From assembly GCA_905178155.1 (NCBI GenBank), contig CAJINV010000014.1, positions 778,116 to 842,115 of the forward strand: 64,000 bases of DNA, read 5' to 3'. Below, in pieces: positions 23,001 to 35,636 of this stretch. The stretch's first letter is position 1; each line of letters opens with the position of its first letter. The translations under genes were made by a program, and so were the position numbers. Source of the DNA: Amoebophrya sp. A120 (Eukaryota > Protista > Dinoflagellata). The notes beneath the pieces were generated by a model, which searched no databases, had not been told where the DNA came from, and saw only the letters and a list, made by a program, of their open reading frames with translations.

Positions 23001-26000
23001 TCACTTCGTCCACGGCGACCTTGACAGCGTCGGTCTTGCCCGCGCCGCCCACCGGGTCCATCTTGGAGATTTCCTCGCACAGTGTCGCCATCTGTCTCAT
23101 ATCGCATGAAAAAACTGTTCATTTCACTGTACCTAACTTGTGATGTATCATGTGCAGAAGATACAGTGCAGCAGTCTTTGGCCTGCTGATGTTACACATG
23201 GATGCAAAGCAATAGCCAGTAAATTTGGATTTGCTCTAGAGAAAATGCAATTTCCCGTGGTGAGAACCACACATGCATGGCAAATTTTCTTCGTCATGTA
23301 CTACAACAAGCTGTGCTCCTGCTTATCTTGCAAAACCAATACAGTGAAAGAACTACACTTCCATTCTGTAGGATATTTCATGGCGTTCCCGTAGTACATG
23401 TGATTGTTTTCCTTGAAAAACAGCGGGTTCTCCACGCCAGAGTACCCTGAACCCTTCCCGCGCTTCACGACAATCGTGCGCTTTGCTTTCCACACCTCCA
23501 GCACCGGCATGCCAGCTATGGAACAGGTCGGGTCGTCCTGCGTGTATGCATTGCAAAAGCTTTGAACATCATAGTCGTACTTGTACTAGTAATACTTGCA
23601 TGACAATTTTGACCCGTTTGTTCATACGAAAAAGAGCAAGTTTCTGATGCTGGTTTAGGCTGCAAAAAATAACCGGTTGGTATTCCAGGCATCCCGATCA
23701 TGGGTATAAGTACGAGCTTGATGCCAAAATGTCGCTATTTATGCATAACGCAGCCGGGTTGACGATGTCGTTGGCGCCCAGAACCAATACCGCATCGGTG
23801 GAGGGAAAGTCCATGTTAATCTCGTCCATGGATAGCACGATGTCGTAGGGTACGCGCGCCTCGGCGAGCAGCACGTTCATGTGGCCCGGTAACCTGCCGG
23901 CAACGGGGTGAATCGCGAACCTCACATTCACGCCACGGGACCGCAGGAGCGTCGTGAGCTGATGATGTTGATAATGAACATGAAGACGATATTTGATCAT
24001 GTGAGTTTAACAGTAAAACCACCGAGTCTCGATTCTTTTTCATTTAAAGATTGTTCCTCTTCTGCATTCCAAACAAGTACTTGAATCGGTCCGTGAGCTG
24101 CATTTTGTATGTTGTATAAACCAATCTGAAGTAGTAAGCAAGGACTTACCTCGGCCACTTTGTGCTGTGCTTTCCCGGCGGCCATACCGTAGCCCGGCAC
24201 GATGATGATGCTTTTCGCGGTGTTGAAGAGCTGTGCCACCTTATCGCGAGAAAAAACTGTCTCAGTCCCAAACCTTTGCGGACCACCAGCTGCAATACAA
24301 ATTTGCTCAGCATGACACAGGAAACCTGTGATGCGTCATACACCAGGGAAAATACATGTGAAAGACGACTTTATTCTTGCTCTTGCAGGTCGAGCATGGC
24401 GAAAAACTGTCTCAAGGAAGTTGCGCATTACAAGTTGAGACTGAGACAGTTTTTCCTCAGGATACACCTCCGCGGTGTTGGTTTCCACCATTTCGCCCTC
24501 GATAGCCTGCTATCCTGTGCAAAAGTATCGTATAAATGCAAGTCCTGCATTACAAATCTTGCCCCCAAGGCAAATCTGCATTACAAATATTATTTCTCAT
24601 GCTGAGGAAATTTGTAATGCATTTATACGAGTACGATACTTTTGCAGTTCATACCTGCTGCGCGCCGCCGCTCGAACTGCTCCCCGTGCCGAAGCCCCCG
24701 GCCAAGACCGCGAACAGGTTTCGGTTCATCGCGATGCACATCAGCGCGGACAGGATAGCTCCCGAGGACGCGACGAAGGTGCCCGTGATGACCAGAAGCT
24801 TGTTCCCAAGCATAAAACCAGCGAACACACCCGCTGCGCCCGAGCCCGTGTTCAGGATACAGATGACGACCTAGAGTGAATCACGCACGAAGAACTTCTT
24901 GGGGAATTAAGCACAACATGTAGAAAAGACGAAGGAGGTGTAGTCTGTTGTGAGAATTCGAATTGCAATTGTGTGCATAGCGATTATAGCTGCAGGTGCA
25001 GATTGCTGCAGTAATCCTCAACGACAACGGTCCAACTACTTCTATACCGGCATATCCGCACCACCAATGGCCATGACGAAGAGGATTCCCCACACCGCGC
25101 TTAGGAAAAAGTATCAAATGGAAATTATGGCTGGGCTTCTTAGGAGGTCGAAAGGTTTTTTGTCACGCGTGTCTGAAGGCATGACTGCAGATTCTGCGAC
25201 GCGTGCTGTCCACGAAAAGGCCGTGACCTTTCTTGCCATGCACACACGCACTTTGTCATGCTAAATGCGCAACAGTAGCCACTCAAATATTTCAATTTCC
25301 GAAGCTTTTTCGGGCTCAGTCTGTAATTTTTAGGCACCAATGGTTGTGCCTTACAGACCGTTCATTGTTCATCACACCCTAGCATTGCAACTTCCCAGGC
25401 CCAGCCATATTTGCAGTTGCTACAAAGGCCGCGAGCACCATGATGAGCCCCTCGGTGCTTCCGTAGCCCCAATCCTCAATTTCTTCCGCGAGCACACAAC
25501 AGGCAATGCTCGCCGCGATGAGAAACAGCGAAACGAAGTTTTTCGCTGGTGGACTGTAGTCTTTCCGGATTTTGCCCATCAGCTTCAGGCAGGCAATAAT
25601 GGATCCGAAGTAGGTAATGGAACCTAAAGTTCGATGGTGATAGTTTGCGAATACCTAGTAGGTACGACCTTTTCTATGCTTGGGTGTAGTATCTATAGTT
25701 TCCGTTTAGAGTGTCCCTGAGTGGCCCCGAGCGACGAAGCTTTTCTTTCTTTTTCTATCGCAGCTCCGCCGTGCCCGTGCCTACGCGCTCCGGTCCACAA
25801 TAAAGAAATAAAACATGAAATGAATTCATATTCAATATATAAACCAGTGCTGCTCTTGCACAAACTAAAATGCGGCATAATTTCAGACGTACTTACCTAT
25901 GATAAGTGCCAGGTACATCGACGCGCTCTGGATGACGAGGTACTTCTTTCCCCTGCCCCAGGTTCCGTTTTCCAAGCGCGGATTCGCTTTGATCATATCA

Positions 26001-26850
26001 TCGACTGCCACCTCCGGGACGTCTTATCGTATCCCAAGGAAATACAGCACCTCCGTCTGAACAAGATCAGGGACATCACTGTATTGGCAACGCAGACAAA
26101 CTCTTTCCCATGCTGCATTCTGATGCGCTGCACAGTTAGGTACGACACTGTAGTCAGCAGCTGCCTCGTGGTCGGCTCATCTTCGGAGTTAATGTTCGGA
26201 TGTCTCTGTTCTCAATTTCAGAGTCAACATTCCCTCCTGCACATAATCAAACAAAAAATTTAGAGTGCAGCACCCAATTTCAATTCAAATGCAAGAACTT
26301 GTGACCCTGATAGTGCTACAGCCGGAAGTTAAAACAAAAACTTTTCCCGTTCCATACCCCTTTCTGCTTCGACGTAGAGCTTGTACTTTGCCTGTTCGTC
26401 TGCGAACATGCCAATGGCCTCGATTGCGGATGCGAGTCCCCCGAAGGCATTCAAGAGGCCGACGAGCTGTGGCATTTGGATCATGGTGACCTTCCAGGCC
26501 ATCAGGAGCCCGATGATGATCCCTGGTCCCGCACCAACCCAGGTAAGCCACACGCCGTTGTCGCACACGTACGCGCTGAAGAAAGCGGCCAACACCGCGA
26601 TCGTCATGCCGATGATGCCGTAGTAACAGCCCCAGTTTGCGGTTGCCTGTGTGGACAGTCCCTTCAGCGACATGATAAACAACATGGCGGAAACGGTGTA
26701 CGCGCAATCAATCCACGGCCCGGTGGAGTAGGGCGTGGCGTTGCACGTTTGCCCGGCCTGGGAAACATAGTGGAAAATACCCAATTCCCCAACCGGGCTG
26801 TTCGGGAAGATGGGCAGCTTCTCGAACAGCTCCTCACGAGGGTCAGACAT
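20051..26850 (-). CDS. NNT: Proton-translocating NAD(P) transhydrogenase, single chain in beta-linker-alpha order; start uncertain
   Basis: Beta: [72 protein letters not shown]. Alpha: [65 protein letters not shown]. Confidence 0.95.
20809..21086. mobile_element. TIR introner, family B
   Basis: TATTCTGTGCAAAAACGTCCGCACCCCAGAG...CTCTGGGGTGGGGATGTTCTGCCGAGAATA; DR GTTTG. Confidence 0.9.
22201..22462. mobile_element. TIR introner, family A
   Basis: TATAGATTGCAAATATGTCTGGGTCTGGAAG...CCAGACCCAGACATATTTGCAATGCATA; DR TGTGC/TGCGC. Confidence 0.95.
23545..23747. mobile_element. Degenerate TIR introner (A-like ends)
   Basis: TATGCATT...TATGCATA; degenerate DR; removal with 5 nt gives VNPAAQDDP. Confidence 0.75.
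24242..24464. mobile_element. TIR introner, family F
   Basis: TATCGCGAGAAAAAACTGTCTCAGTC...GACTGAGACAGTTTTTCCTCAGGATA; DR CACCT. Confidence 0.9.
24511..24653. mobile_element. TIR introner, family J (143 bp)
   Basis: TATCCTGTGCAAAAGTATCGTA...TACGATACTTTTGCAGTTCATA; DR CCTGC. Confidence 0.85.
25112..25422. mobile_element. Degenerate TIR introner, family A
   Basis: TATCAAATGGAAATTATGGCTGGG...CCCAGCCATATTTGCAGTTGCTA; DR AAAAG/CAAAG. Confidence 0.75.
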
Positions 26851-28209
26851 CGTCCTGGCTGAAGAAGGGGCAGAAGAAAAATTGTCCGGTCCACGACCCT
26901 CTTGTCGTCCCGTAAAGGAGGACTATTGTTTGCACTTGGTGTTCTGCAGCTCTAGTTGTCCCGCTGCTAACAAGAAGATCGTAAACTTGTAAATTCACTT
27001 TTTCTTTCGCCACAAAGAACTAGAACTGCAACCGTCTGAACGGTTTAATAAAGACATCAGACATTATAGCCAGGAGTACTATAGCACGGGAAAACGACGA
27101 AAAAAAGAAATAGAGATCACAAGTAAAGATGATGATCTCAGTCTTCTCTCCAGGAGCAGATCCTCCATATCCTAATCATGGGTGTCTCGTCTTGGCCGAA
27201 AAAGAAATAGCGAGGGGGGCGGGCGCGGGGGCAAGAGCAAGTGACGGATAATTATACCGAGTTGATGTACCAGGTCCTGTTACATGTGAAATCAAGTTAA
27301 TGACACACTTATAGATTGAAATTTTCGTTTTCTGGCACTGCTCATTCGACTCCGCGGCAAAAAACCATAAGATGATGTTGCTACTGATGTAGTCCTCTCT
27401 CGTTGCACTGCGCTGGTGCAAAAATCGCAGCAGCGCGCGTGGAAGATTAAGGTAGAACACCACGAGGGAACAAAATAAAGCGGCCGCCATATGAGACAGA
27501 GAGCTTTTGCTGCAGCAGCAATAGCGAAGGTGTTTTTCTTTTTTCGCCGAACTTATTTTTTGGTACAGGTCGAGCTTTCTTGTTCTGTAGCACAATTTTG
27601 CATCCAAGTTGAGATCTATCTTCCGGTGATACAACGACCTGTAAATCAGGCATCATCTTTTATCCCGAGGACACAAGACAGGTCCTTTTGCGTTGACATC
27701 CTGTTGTCTCTGCGCGATGGTAACGAGAGAATCTTTTCTGCTGTAACTATTCTACTCTGGTAACTGTTCTGGTACCTTTTTTCTCTGGGTAACTGGACTA
27801 ACTCACGTTTCTGAATTTTGCGTCTAATCTGCTGGAAATGGAACTCTGAAGGTTCAAGTCTGATAGTGATAGTCAAAGTTTTCATCTAGAAGAGGTTGGT
27901 TGTAATTAACAAAGAGTTCCTCTCAAACACTTGGATCGACTGTGGAGGTTGCGACCCAATAGCATCCAGTCGCGCAGCCCTCACGCAGCAACCGAGTGCG
28001 GGCGGGTCGACAGCCCGATGGGGATCGGCGATGAGGTCTGGCGGTCCTTGTAAAAGCCCAAACTGCCCCCGATCTCGGAACTGATATATTTTTTTTTCGA
28101 GAACGGTGTGCTAGGACTTCCTTCCACTTTCTGCACGATGAAGTTCGTTGTACCTTCACGTGTTCTTGACAATGACTGATGTTGATGATGCAAGTTGTTG
28201 CATCCACCT

Positions 28210-31200
28210 CTACGCTTCAAAAACAAATTGTAATACGAGGCGACCCAAATTGAAATTTACCTCTTCAGCAGGTCGAGCGCGCTCGGTGACCGGGAGAGTT
28301 TCAGGGACAGAAATTTGAAGGACTTCACTTTGGTCAGCATTGTGTGCGTAAACGCCGGGCTTTTCATTTTCGCGACTTTGGGCGCAAGGTAGCACATTTT
28401 CTCGCTGTAATCCTGAGTTTTATTTGGTTTCGGGAAGCTTAAACTCGATCTAGGTTTCTCGTGTTCCTCTTCCTTCTGCCTGCCCAAGAAGAGCAACATG
28501 AGTAGACGTCAAAACTAGCAAAACAAAAAGTCATACCTTCATGTTCTTGGCCAATGCGTCGGCCCAGACCGAGAAGTCTGGTGGGCTATCTGCCAAGGTT
28601 TCCGAATAGACCGCCACTTCCGTTGTCAATTCGCACTCTAGGGCATCCGTTTTCTCCGTTACTCGCACAGTTATTGTACCTGCAAATGTGATTTTCATTT
28701 ATTTTCCAAGAATTCATTCTATCTTCATCCCTCGTCTATCCATTCCGTTGATTGTCCTTGCAATTACACAGCGCAAAAGTTCCCGTTGTCCAAAAAACAA
28801 AAAAAAAAACCCAAACCATTGCAATCCGCAAGCTCCGCTACTGTCGGCCCCATTTTTGATACCACAAATCGCGCTTCACAACGGCACCACCTCTCGCCTG
28901 TTGGTTCCGGGACCACTGGCTCGGCACTGATAGATTCGTTTTTATTCTAGTGAATGATCTCTTTCATGCGTAGGAAGAGCAGCATCATGTTCTTGAAACG
29001 ATCTGTTTCTCACGCCTGCGCACGTCCGGACATAAAAACCATATCATTTGTCAGACGAGTGGGTGAAGAGGAAGGGGACAGCAATTCCGAGAGAAGAATC
29101 ATTCGATGGAAGAAGAGATGACTATCGAGGATCATACTGATAGAAAAAGAACTTCATTTTCATCCAGTACACACTATATCCTACCTTTCGTCCGCTCCTT
29201 CTTCTAGTGGTGGCGCTGGTGGTGGCGGTACGTCCTCCTCGATTCTGTCGTCGTACTCAAACGTGTGCTCGAAAACGCAGGCGGGTTTGCTCATCTTCAC
29301 CTGCTTCTTCACCGGTTTTCGCGTCACCCGGTCGCGTATGACTTGCAAATATGTCTGGGTCTGGAAGGTGGTGACTTGTCATGGTAAATCTGAAGCATGC
29401 AAAAATCTGTGTTGCATGAGTGCCAAAAGCTGCCCACTTTCGACCAAGTTTGGAGGGACTTTCTATATGCAAGATTAGGCATGGCAGAGACCTCGCAGGA
29501 GAGGCTGTCATGCTACGTCCTGCATTCCAGACCTCCTGGGTCATGGAAAATATGCATGACAAGTTTACACTCTTCCAGACCCAGAGATTTTTGCACTTGA
29601 TATCGCGCTCCAGACTCGCGTCGTGGGAGCAGCCAGTGTCGTACAACTTCGGATTAGACGCGCTGTTGATTTTCATGATGCAGTAGCTGTTGCCTAATAG
29701 AAGGGGACGACTTGGACCGACTTGTTCTTTCATCTAGAAGCCGCGTATATTTTTAATACGCGACTCCTAGTAACTAAGAAGTTGATGTATAGCCAATCCT
29801 TATCCCATTGTCCTTGTTGAGCAGAAGACAGAGGACTGCAGTTTCCACATTTTTTCATTGCTGTTCATCCTGCCTTCAGTTTCGACAAAGTTGTTCCGCA
29901 GTCCAAGGTGCAGAGGCACAAGAAGATGTGGCGAGGGTGATAGATAGATTGCGGGAGATTAGCATGATTGTCACTGCAGGTACTAGCCCGCCCGTGTGCG
30001 TCCCCCAGCGCGCCGGCCGAGTGACTGTCCTTGTCCCTGGAAAGCAACAACCCAGTGACTGTACTGGAAAACAACAAACATCGAGCGGCCTACTGGTACC
30101 GCACCAGTTCTTTGGAGAACCAGTTCCAATACGCACACACCACCATCGCCGGAACGATGAGAATCACCACCTCGTACTGGAGATGCGGAATTGACGGGAA
30201 GGAGGAGAAAAACAAGTCGGCGTCATCAAGTGCCACCTTGCTGTCACCGTCCTTGCTGGTATTCCTGTTCAACAGCACAAGAAAGCAATACACCACCTTC
30301 CGATACACAACCAGCGAACTCAGCCCCGCGATGAGCATATCGCAAGAAAAAAGTGTTACACTTACGCATTGTGTTGCAGGCCAAGCAAGGCAGACAAGCT
30401 CTGTCATGTCGGATATGCTTAGGAGCCTCGTTTCATTTTTTCCCGTAGGATTTCTGCATTACAAGTTTTCTCTCTCATGCAGAGAAATTTGTGTTGCTGA
30501 GTTGACTACAAATGTGTAACTGTACCACTTTTTTCGTGGGATAGAGCAGCATCAACGCCCAGTGGATGACCAGGTTGCAGCAGGATATGGATGTGTCAGG
30601 GTTGAAATCGACAAAGTTGAAACAACTTGGAATGCATAAAATGGATGAAAGTTGTAACCCAATTCCCAAGTGGCGCATGACAAATTTGGGTAGAACCGAA
30701 ATCCAGTTTGTCATGCAGTTTGGGTAGGGAAGACGCCTTTTGTCATGCTACTTTAGCAGCTCAGTTTCTACCCCTCAGCAGGCTTTCAATCTGCCTCACT
30801 TGCCTACTCTGCAAGACAGGCATACTGGGAGCTGCATTTTATGCATGACAAACTATTTCAACTTTGAGGATTTCGATTCTGACACCCCCATACAGGAGGA
30901 AAGCAAGGGACTTGTAGGACCAGCGTGGACCACCACTGAACCGGCGCGAGGCGGTGGTGTTGCAGCTGCACTTCTTGTAGTTGCATCCGAAAGAACTCTT
31001 CCAGTAGTACGATTGCCACTTTTCTTGCCTTCTTCTTGATCTTCTGTGGCAAAGGAATTTCTGTGCAGCAGCTCTCGCTCCAGGGAGTTCTGCCCAGCTT
31101 CCTCGGAGATCGACGGTATTGAAGTATTTTTTGCATGGTCTACTATTTCCCCGGAATTGTTGTAAAGATTTTCCCGCTCTTGCTCTGGACTACCACAGGA

Positions 31201-31500
31201 ACTACTAGTACCATCGCCGGTCCTCGCAGAAGTCGTCGCATTTTTCCCCTTCCACAGAAACAAGCGGAAAAACCGCGGCTTCGGGGGGACGCCCTCCGTA
31301 GGGGCGTAGTTTCGCTCGGAAGCGGCGGTCACGCGGAAAGAGGTTCCGGAGGGCAGTTGTGCCGCGGAGGTTTCTGCACTAGAACTAGTACTATTCGGTG
31401 CAGTCGACGTACTAGGATGGTGTACCACACCTCCGTCGCTTTGGGCGGGGCTGCTCCAATGGCGGGGGGAGAAATCTTCTTCTTTTTTTTGCGTTGACAT
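28210..31500 (-). CDS. Unknown protein with a hydrophobic segment, multi-exon; 3' end uncertain
   Basis: ORF 30853-31614 continues in frame through introners (SSCCNLVIHWALMLLIAGLSSLVVYRK). Further in-frame pieces at about 29200-29680 and 28210-28680. Confidence 0.45.
29337..29602. mobile_element. TIR introner, family A
   Basis: TATGACTTGCAAATATGTCTGGGTCTGGAAG...CTTCCAGACCCAGAGATTTTTGCACTTGATA; DR TCGCG. Confidence 0.95.
30338..30543. mobile_element. TIR introner, family F
   Basis: TATCGCAAGAAAAAAGTGTTACA...TGTACCACTTTTTTCGTGGGATA; DR GAGCA. Confidence 0.9.
30586..30892. mobile_element. TIR introner, family E
   Basis: TATGGATGTGTCAGGGTTGAAATCGACAAAGTTGAAA...TTTCAACTTTGAGGATTTCGATTCTGACACCCCCATA; DR CAGGA. 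Confidence 0.95.
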
Positions 31501-33330
31501 CCGCACAGAAATTCGCGCAGCCGCTGTTCTTTGCGTACTAACGTAAGTAGATGACAGCGCGATCGAGCTAGAAGTTGGTCTTTTTCTTCTTACTTTCGCG
31601 AGGATAACTACCAAGGTTTTCCTTTGCGTTTATTGTCCTAGAAGAAGCATCTAGTTGTGTTTATGGATCGGATTCGGAAGCGATAGGCAAAAGACAACGC
31701 CGGAGAAGACCAAGACGAAGATTTTATCGCCCTCATTAGGATGTAACCGGACAAGAGCTTCCGAGAGCAGGAACACCATGTGAGATGTTGACTGAGATCA
31801 ACAAGTGTGGAGCAGCCGGCGTTATATTGTAACCAACCATCGCATCATGATTATTAAAAGGTAGCACACCACACCAATTTCATATCAAAAACAAAAACCA
31901 AACGAAGCAAATAAAATCCTTTTATACTAGTCCTTGATGAGCGTCCACACGACTGCCTGCGGGGCTCGGATGGTGGAACTCGCACTGGCCACCACATTCG
32001 GTGGTGGTGGAGCTTCTTCGTCCGCCATAATTTTTGGACTTTTCTCGGTAGAAAACTACGGCGAGAAAAAAAAGCACTAGAAAGTCGTTGTGATAGTATG
32101 TTTTTTCATGAGAGAAGATTATGGGCAGCAATGCTGGGCAAACTCGTACGTAAGTATACTTACAACACGATGCCTTTGCTGTTGTCTCTCGCGAAATACC
32201 AAATACACGAATTCGAGTTGGTCCTCGCTACTGATTCCGCCTGGATCATCGAACACCAGGCTGCCACACGAGAACCCAATGATTTCTCACGAGAACCCAC
32301 CTAGCTGCTACCTCGCACACTACATCTACAACTTCTTGTTCTTGCTCGAATTGATTAACTTCTACTTAGACACAGAATCCAAATTGCATCTCTCACGACA
32401 GACGTACGAATTTCGATGTGCTCTGCTGCCCTCTCAATTTCATGTGTAGTCGTAAGTTCCACCGATGGTGCAAAGTGATTACGATTTTGTTGTGCTTTTA
32501 TGGGTTTTTCCTCAACAACCGAGCTAGCGCTAGTACTGAATGTTGATTCGATTTCGAGCCCTTTTGTGTGGAAAGCTAAATAAATGATGCACTGCTTGAG
32601 ACCGGGCAGAACGAGCTGCTGCAAATTGCTGTGCTCTTCCTGGCGGAACAGACTTTTGCGGGTCAACGATGGGCATCCTGCGGCCACATTGTTTTATTTG
32701 CGGCTGGTTCCCTATATCTTTATCTGTCGCACTTGTGATTCAGATGAAAATCCGTCTCCCAACACTATCAACAGCGTTTTCCTCTTCCCGAGCTGACGTG
32801 CAGAGGCGTTAGTTAGTATACCCAATACAATCGTTTTTCCACGCATGATGCTGCTTTATTTTGCATTCGTGAAAACATCACACCTGAGAGCTGTGAGTAT
32901 GACAAATGTCAATGCGCAGCATTCAGCTGCCAGCGGCGGCGATTAGGTTTTCGCTTACGACATACTTATATTAATTTGGCTTCCACTGCGATCAGTTTGC
33001 AGTGTTTTTTTTTCTACAAGAACACGGTGGGGCTGAGATCATCGTACAGGAGGTCACATAAAAAGTTCCGTCTTTTGTTCGACTTCGACCGAAGGGGAAG
33101 GAGCAGGAATTGTTGCGACTATTTTCTTCTAAAAGCTGATCACTTTCTTCTAAAAGCTGATCACTTTCTTTATTTATTTGTGAATCTACAAAAATGTAAA
33201 GCGTTAGCGAAACCGAAAATAACATATCATATCGATTCGACTATTTACTTTTGGAGGTTTCTTCGTTTCTTACAAACCACAACCGTTTGCCGTAACCGAT
33301 GAGCGGTACCTACCGCTCCTCGTTCTTGTT

Positions 33331-34475
33331 CTACTTGGGACAGTAGTCGAACTTCATCTTTGCGAAGTGCTTGTCGGCTAGGTCTTGGGTGTCGTATTCT
33401 TTGAACCTCGCCAGCACGGCCTCAGCTGTCCACTTGTGGCACGCCGTCCCGACAACCCCTCCATCCTTGTTCTTGCTGTGTAGAGTTTCCGCGTAGCAGC
33501 AGTTCTTGTGCGCCGGTTTACCCGCCAGTGCCGTGAGCCCAGAGTACTTGCACGGGTTGCTTCCCGGGGCACCGTGGTCGAACGTGCACCCCCAGCTCGT
33601 TGAAACTGTATATATGCAAAAACAGAGCAAACTCGAAAAATTTCGCGAGACAAAGGCAATGCAAAAAAGTGGCTTCTAAGTACTGCCGCAATGAAGTGCG
33701 TGAATCATAAAGCAGCTCAATGTCAATGTTGAAAAAGAATGTTGAAAAACTCCCTCATAAGTACCGCCCACTTCTTGAAAAACTCCCGCAGTTGCTTCTC
33801 CAACCGCTTCGCCGTCCTCGGCGATGTCGGTTTCAGCTTCGTAATTTCCCTCGGAAGTGATTTATCCTGGGGAAAAATATCCCATCCCACTCCCCGGCCT
33901 TGCGAAACGAAGTTTTTGTAGTTGCTTGTCGTATGTAAAAAGGGGAGCTTGTCTTGCGGCAAGGAAAAGAAGAACCTGAGGCTCCGCACTACATTCTCTT
34001 GTAGGTGAGTCTGTAGTGCTAGTAAACAGTGCGCTTGTACAGAGGCCGATCTTCCATGACACGCATGACCGACCTATGTCTATACCTAGACAAGCTTGGA
34101 ATCTTCCTCGACCCCCTCCTCACTAAACAAATTGACCTTTTTTAACCTCCGTTCCACAAACAAAACAACACGCATACAGATACACTTTGTTGGGTGTGGG
34201 AAGGGCAAGATATTCGTGTTTTCATGTGATACGATCGAGCCCTTCTTCGCGTCTGTGTCCATCGCCAGCGCACGCGCTGCTGTACAAATTTTTTAAGACT
34301 TTTCAGTATGACGATTTAAGCACATGCATACTCGGGGGCCATTCTTCAAACTATACTGATGGATGTACATCAACATAAAAAAATTGTACTTTTTATATAT
34401 AGATAAATATTGTAGTACCCCCCCCGCGATCGCAAAGGACACCTTCGACAGGACAGTCTTGACGTTTTTCGGCAT
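33331..34475 (-). CDS. Putative small Cys-rich, possibly secreted protein; exon structure uncertain
   Basis: Last exon WGCTFDHGAPGSNPCKY...KNCCY...ACHKW...DYCPK has coding-like GC. Upstream short coding-like blocks include MPKNVKTVLSKVSFAIAGG. Confidence 0.35.
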
Positions 34476-35636
34476 TTTCTTCGTCTTGGTCGCCTAGCCG
34501 GAAAAAGTGTGGTCACAGAGATCCAAGCCTCACTCGAAGCTGTTCAGGAGCCCGTTATTTTTGTAAATTCTTTGTACTTGTTACAACGTAGAGGTACTCT
34601 TTTGATCTATGATGTTGAGTCGGAGACGGCTCTTTATTTTCGGCTCAGGCGCAGATATAGCAGAAGCAATAGTGAGGAGTGATACAACACGAACATGATC
34701 ATAGAGTACACGAACGGAGTTTTTAAGTAGCAATTACTAGGATTAGGAATCCTCGTCTTGTACTGTTGAAGTTGATGATTCCCGATACGGTACCGGTACT
34801 ACGACCCCGTCGAGCCCCTTGTATCATTCGCAACACACCACTTCAACTTCTCTCAGGAACAGTGACGCATGCGATGACGGCACCCACAACACATGAATTC
34901 AGATGTCACGGACGATTCTATCGCGGCCATCGAGCTGCAACCACACTATTTTTTCTACGAGAGATGTACGAATTGTGGTGTTTCTCTCATGTTCAACCGC
35001 GGGGTCTCCGACCGAGGAAGGTGTAAATAAATCACGAATTTATGCGTTTTTCTTTTTTCCCATACGCACTCAGTAGTTTTGCTACGACGAGTACGACCCA
35101 AATTAGGAACTACGCGTTGTTCTTGTTATGATTAATTTTGTGCGTTATCATAACTCGCAACGAGATCCCACAGACAACTGACAAGAACGAGCGGAAACTT
35201 GCTGTGCTCGGTTTCCTGGAGCAGACTCTGCGGCCGAGAAGAAAAGCAGCCTGGTGTGTGTTGTGCGGCATTAATATGCTTTTCGTTTTTGTACAATCAT
35301 GACCATGTACATGAACCTGTACCTGGTGGCAATGGTATACACAGATACAACACCGTATACCAGGGTATTTCTGTAGTACAAGCGATCGAGAAGCGAATTT
35401 TTTCACTGCGGCTTTCATCGTGAACAAAAAGAGTCGAAGTCAAATAGTAAAACCAGAAGTTACAAAGCCGACGTCTCTTGTATTGCTACTTTGTTAGTGT
35501 TTGGTTCCATATATGCACAGAGTCACGACCGGAAAGTAGCTCGGCTTCAGCATGAACTACACAATGAGTAATATAATTGGCATAGTACGTAGAATTGCAC
35601 GCCCTGCTACAAAAACGTGTTGACAAATGCATGTCG

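Noticed and set aside
26023-26357. Intron with inner TAT...ATA ends as a 45th introner
   Set aside because: There is no clear TIR, and removal with 5 nt breaks the frame, whereas canonical GT...AG splicing restores it.
33123-33170. 21-bp tandem duplication TTTCTTCTAAAAGCTGATCAC
   Set aside because: Two copies only; ordinary slippage in non-coding DNA.
33863-33960. TATCCTGGGGAAAAATATCCC resembling a family-B end
   Set aside because: No partner TIR or 5-bp repeat; it fits the acceptor of a canonical GT-AG intron.
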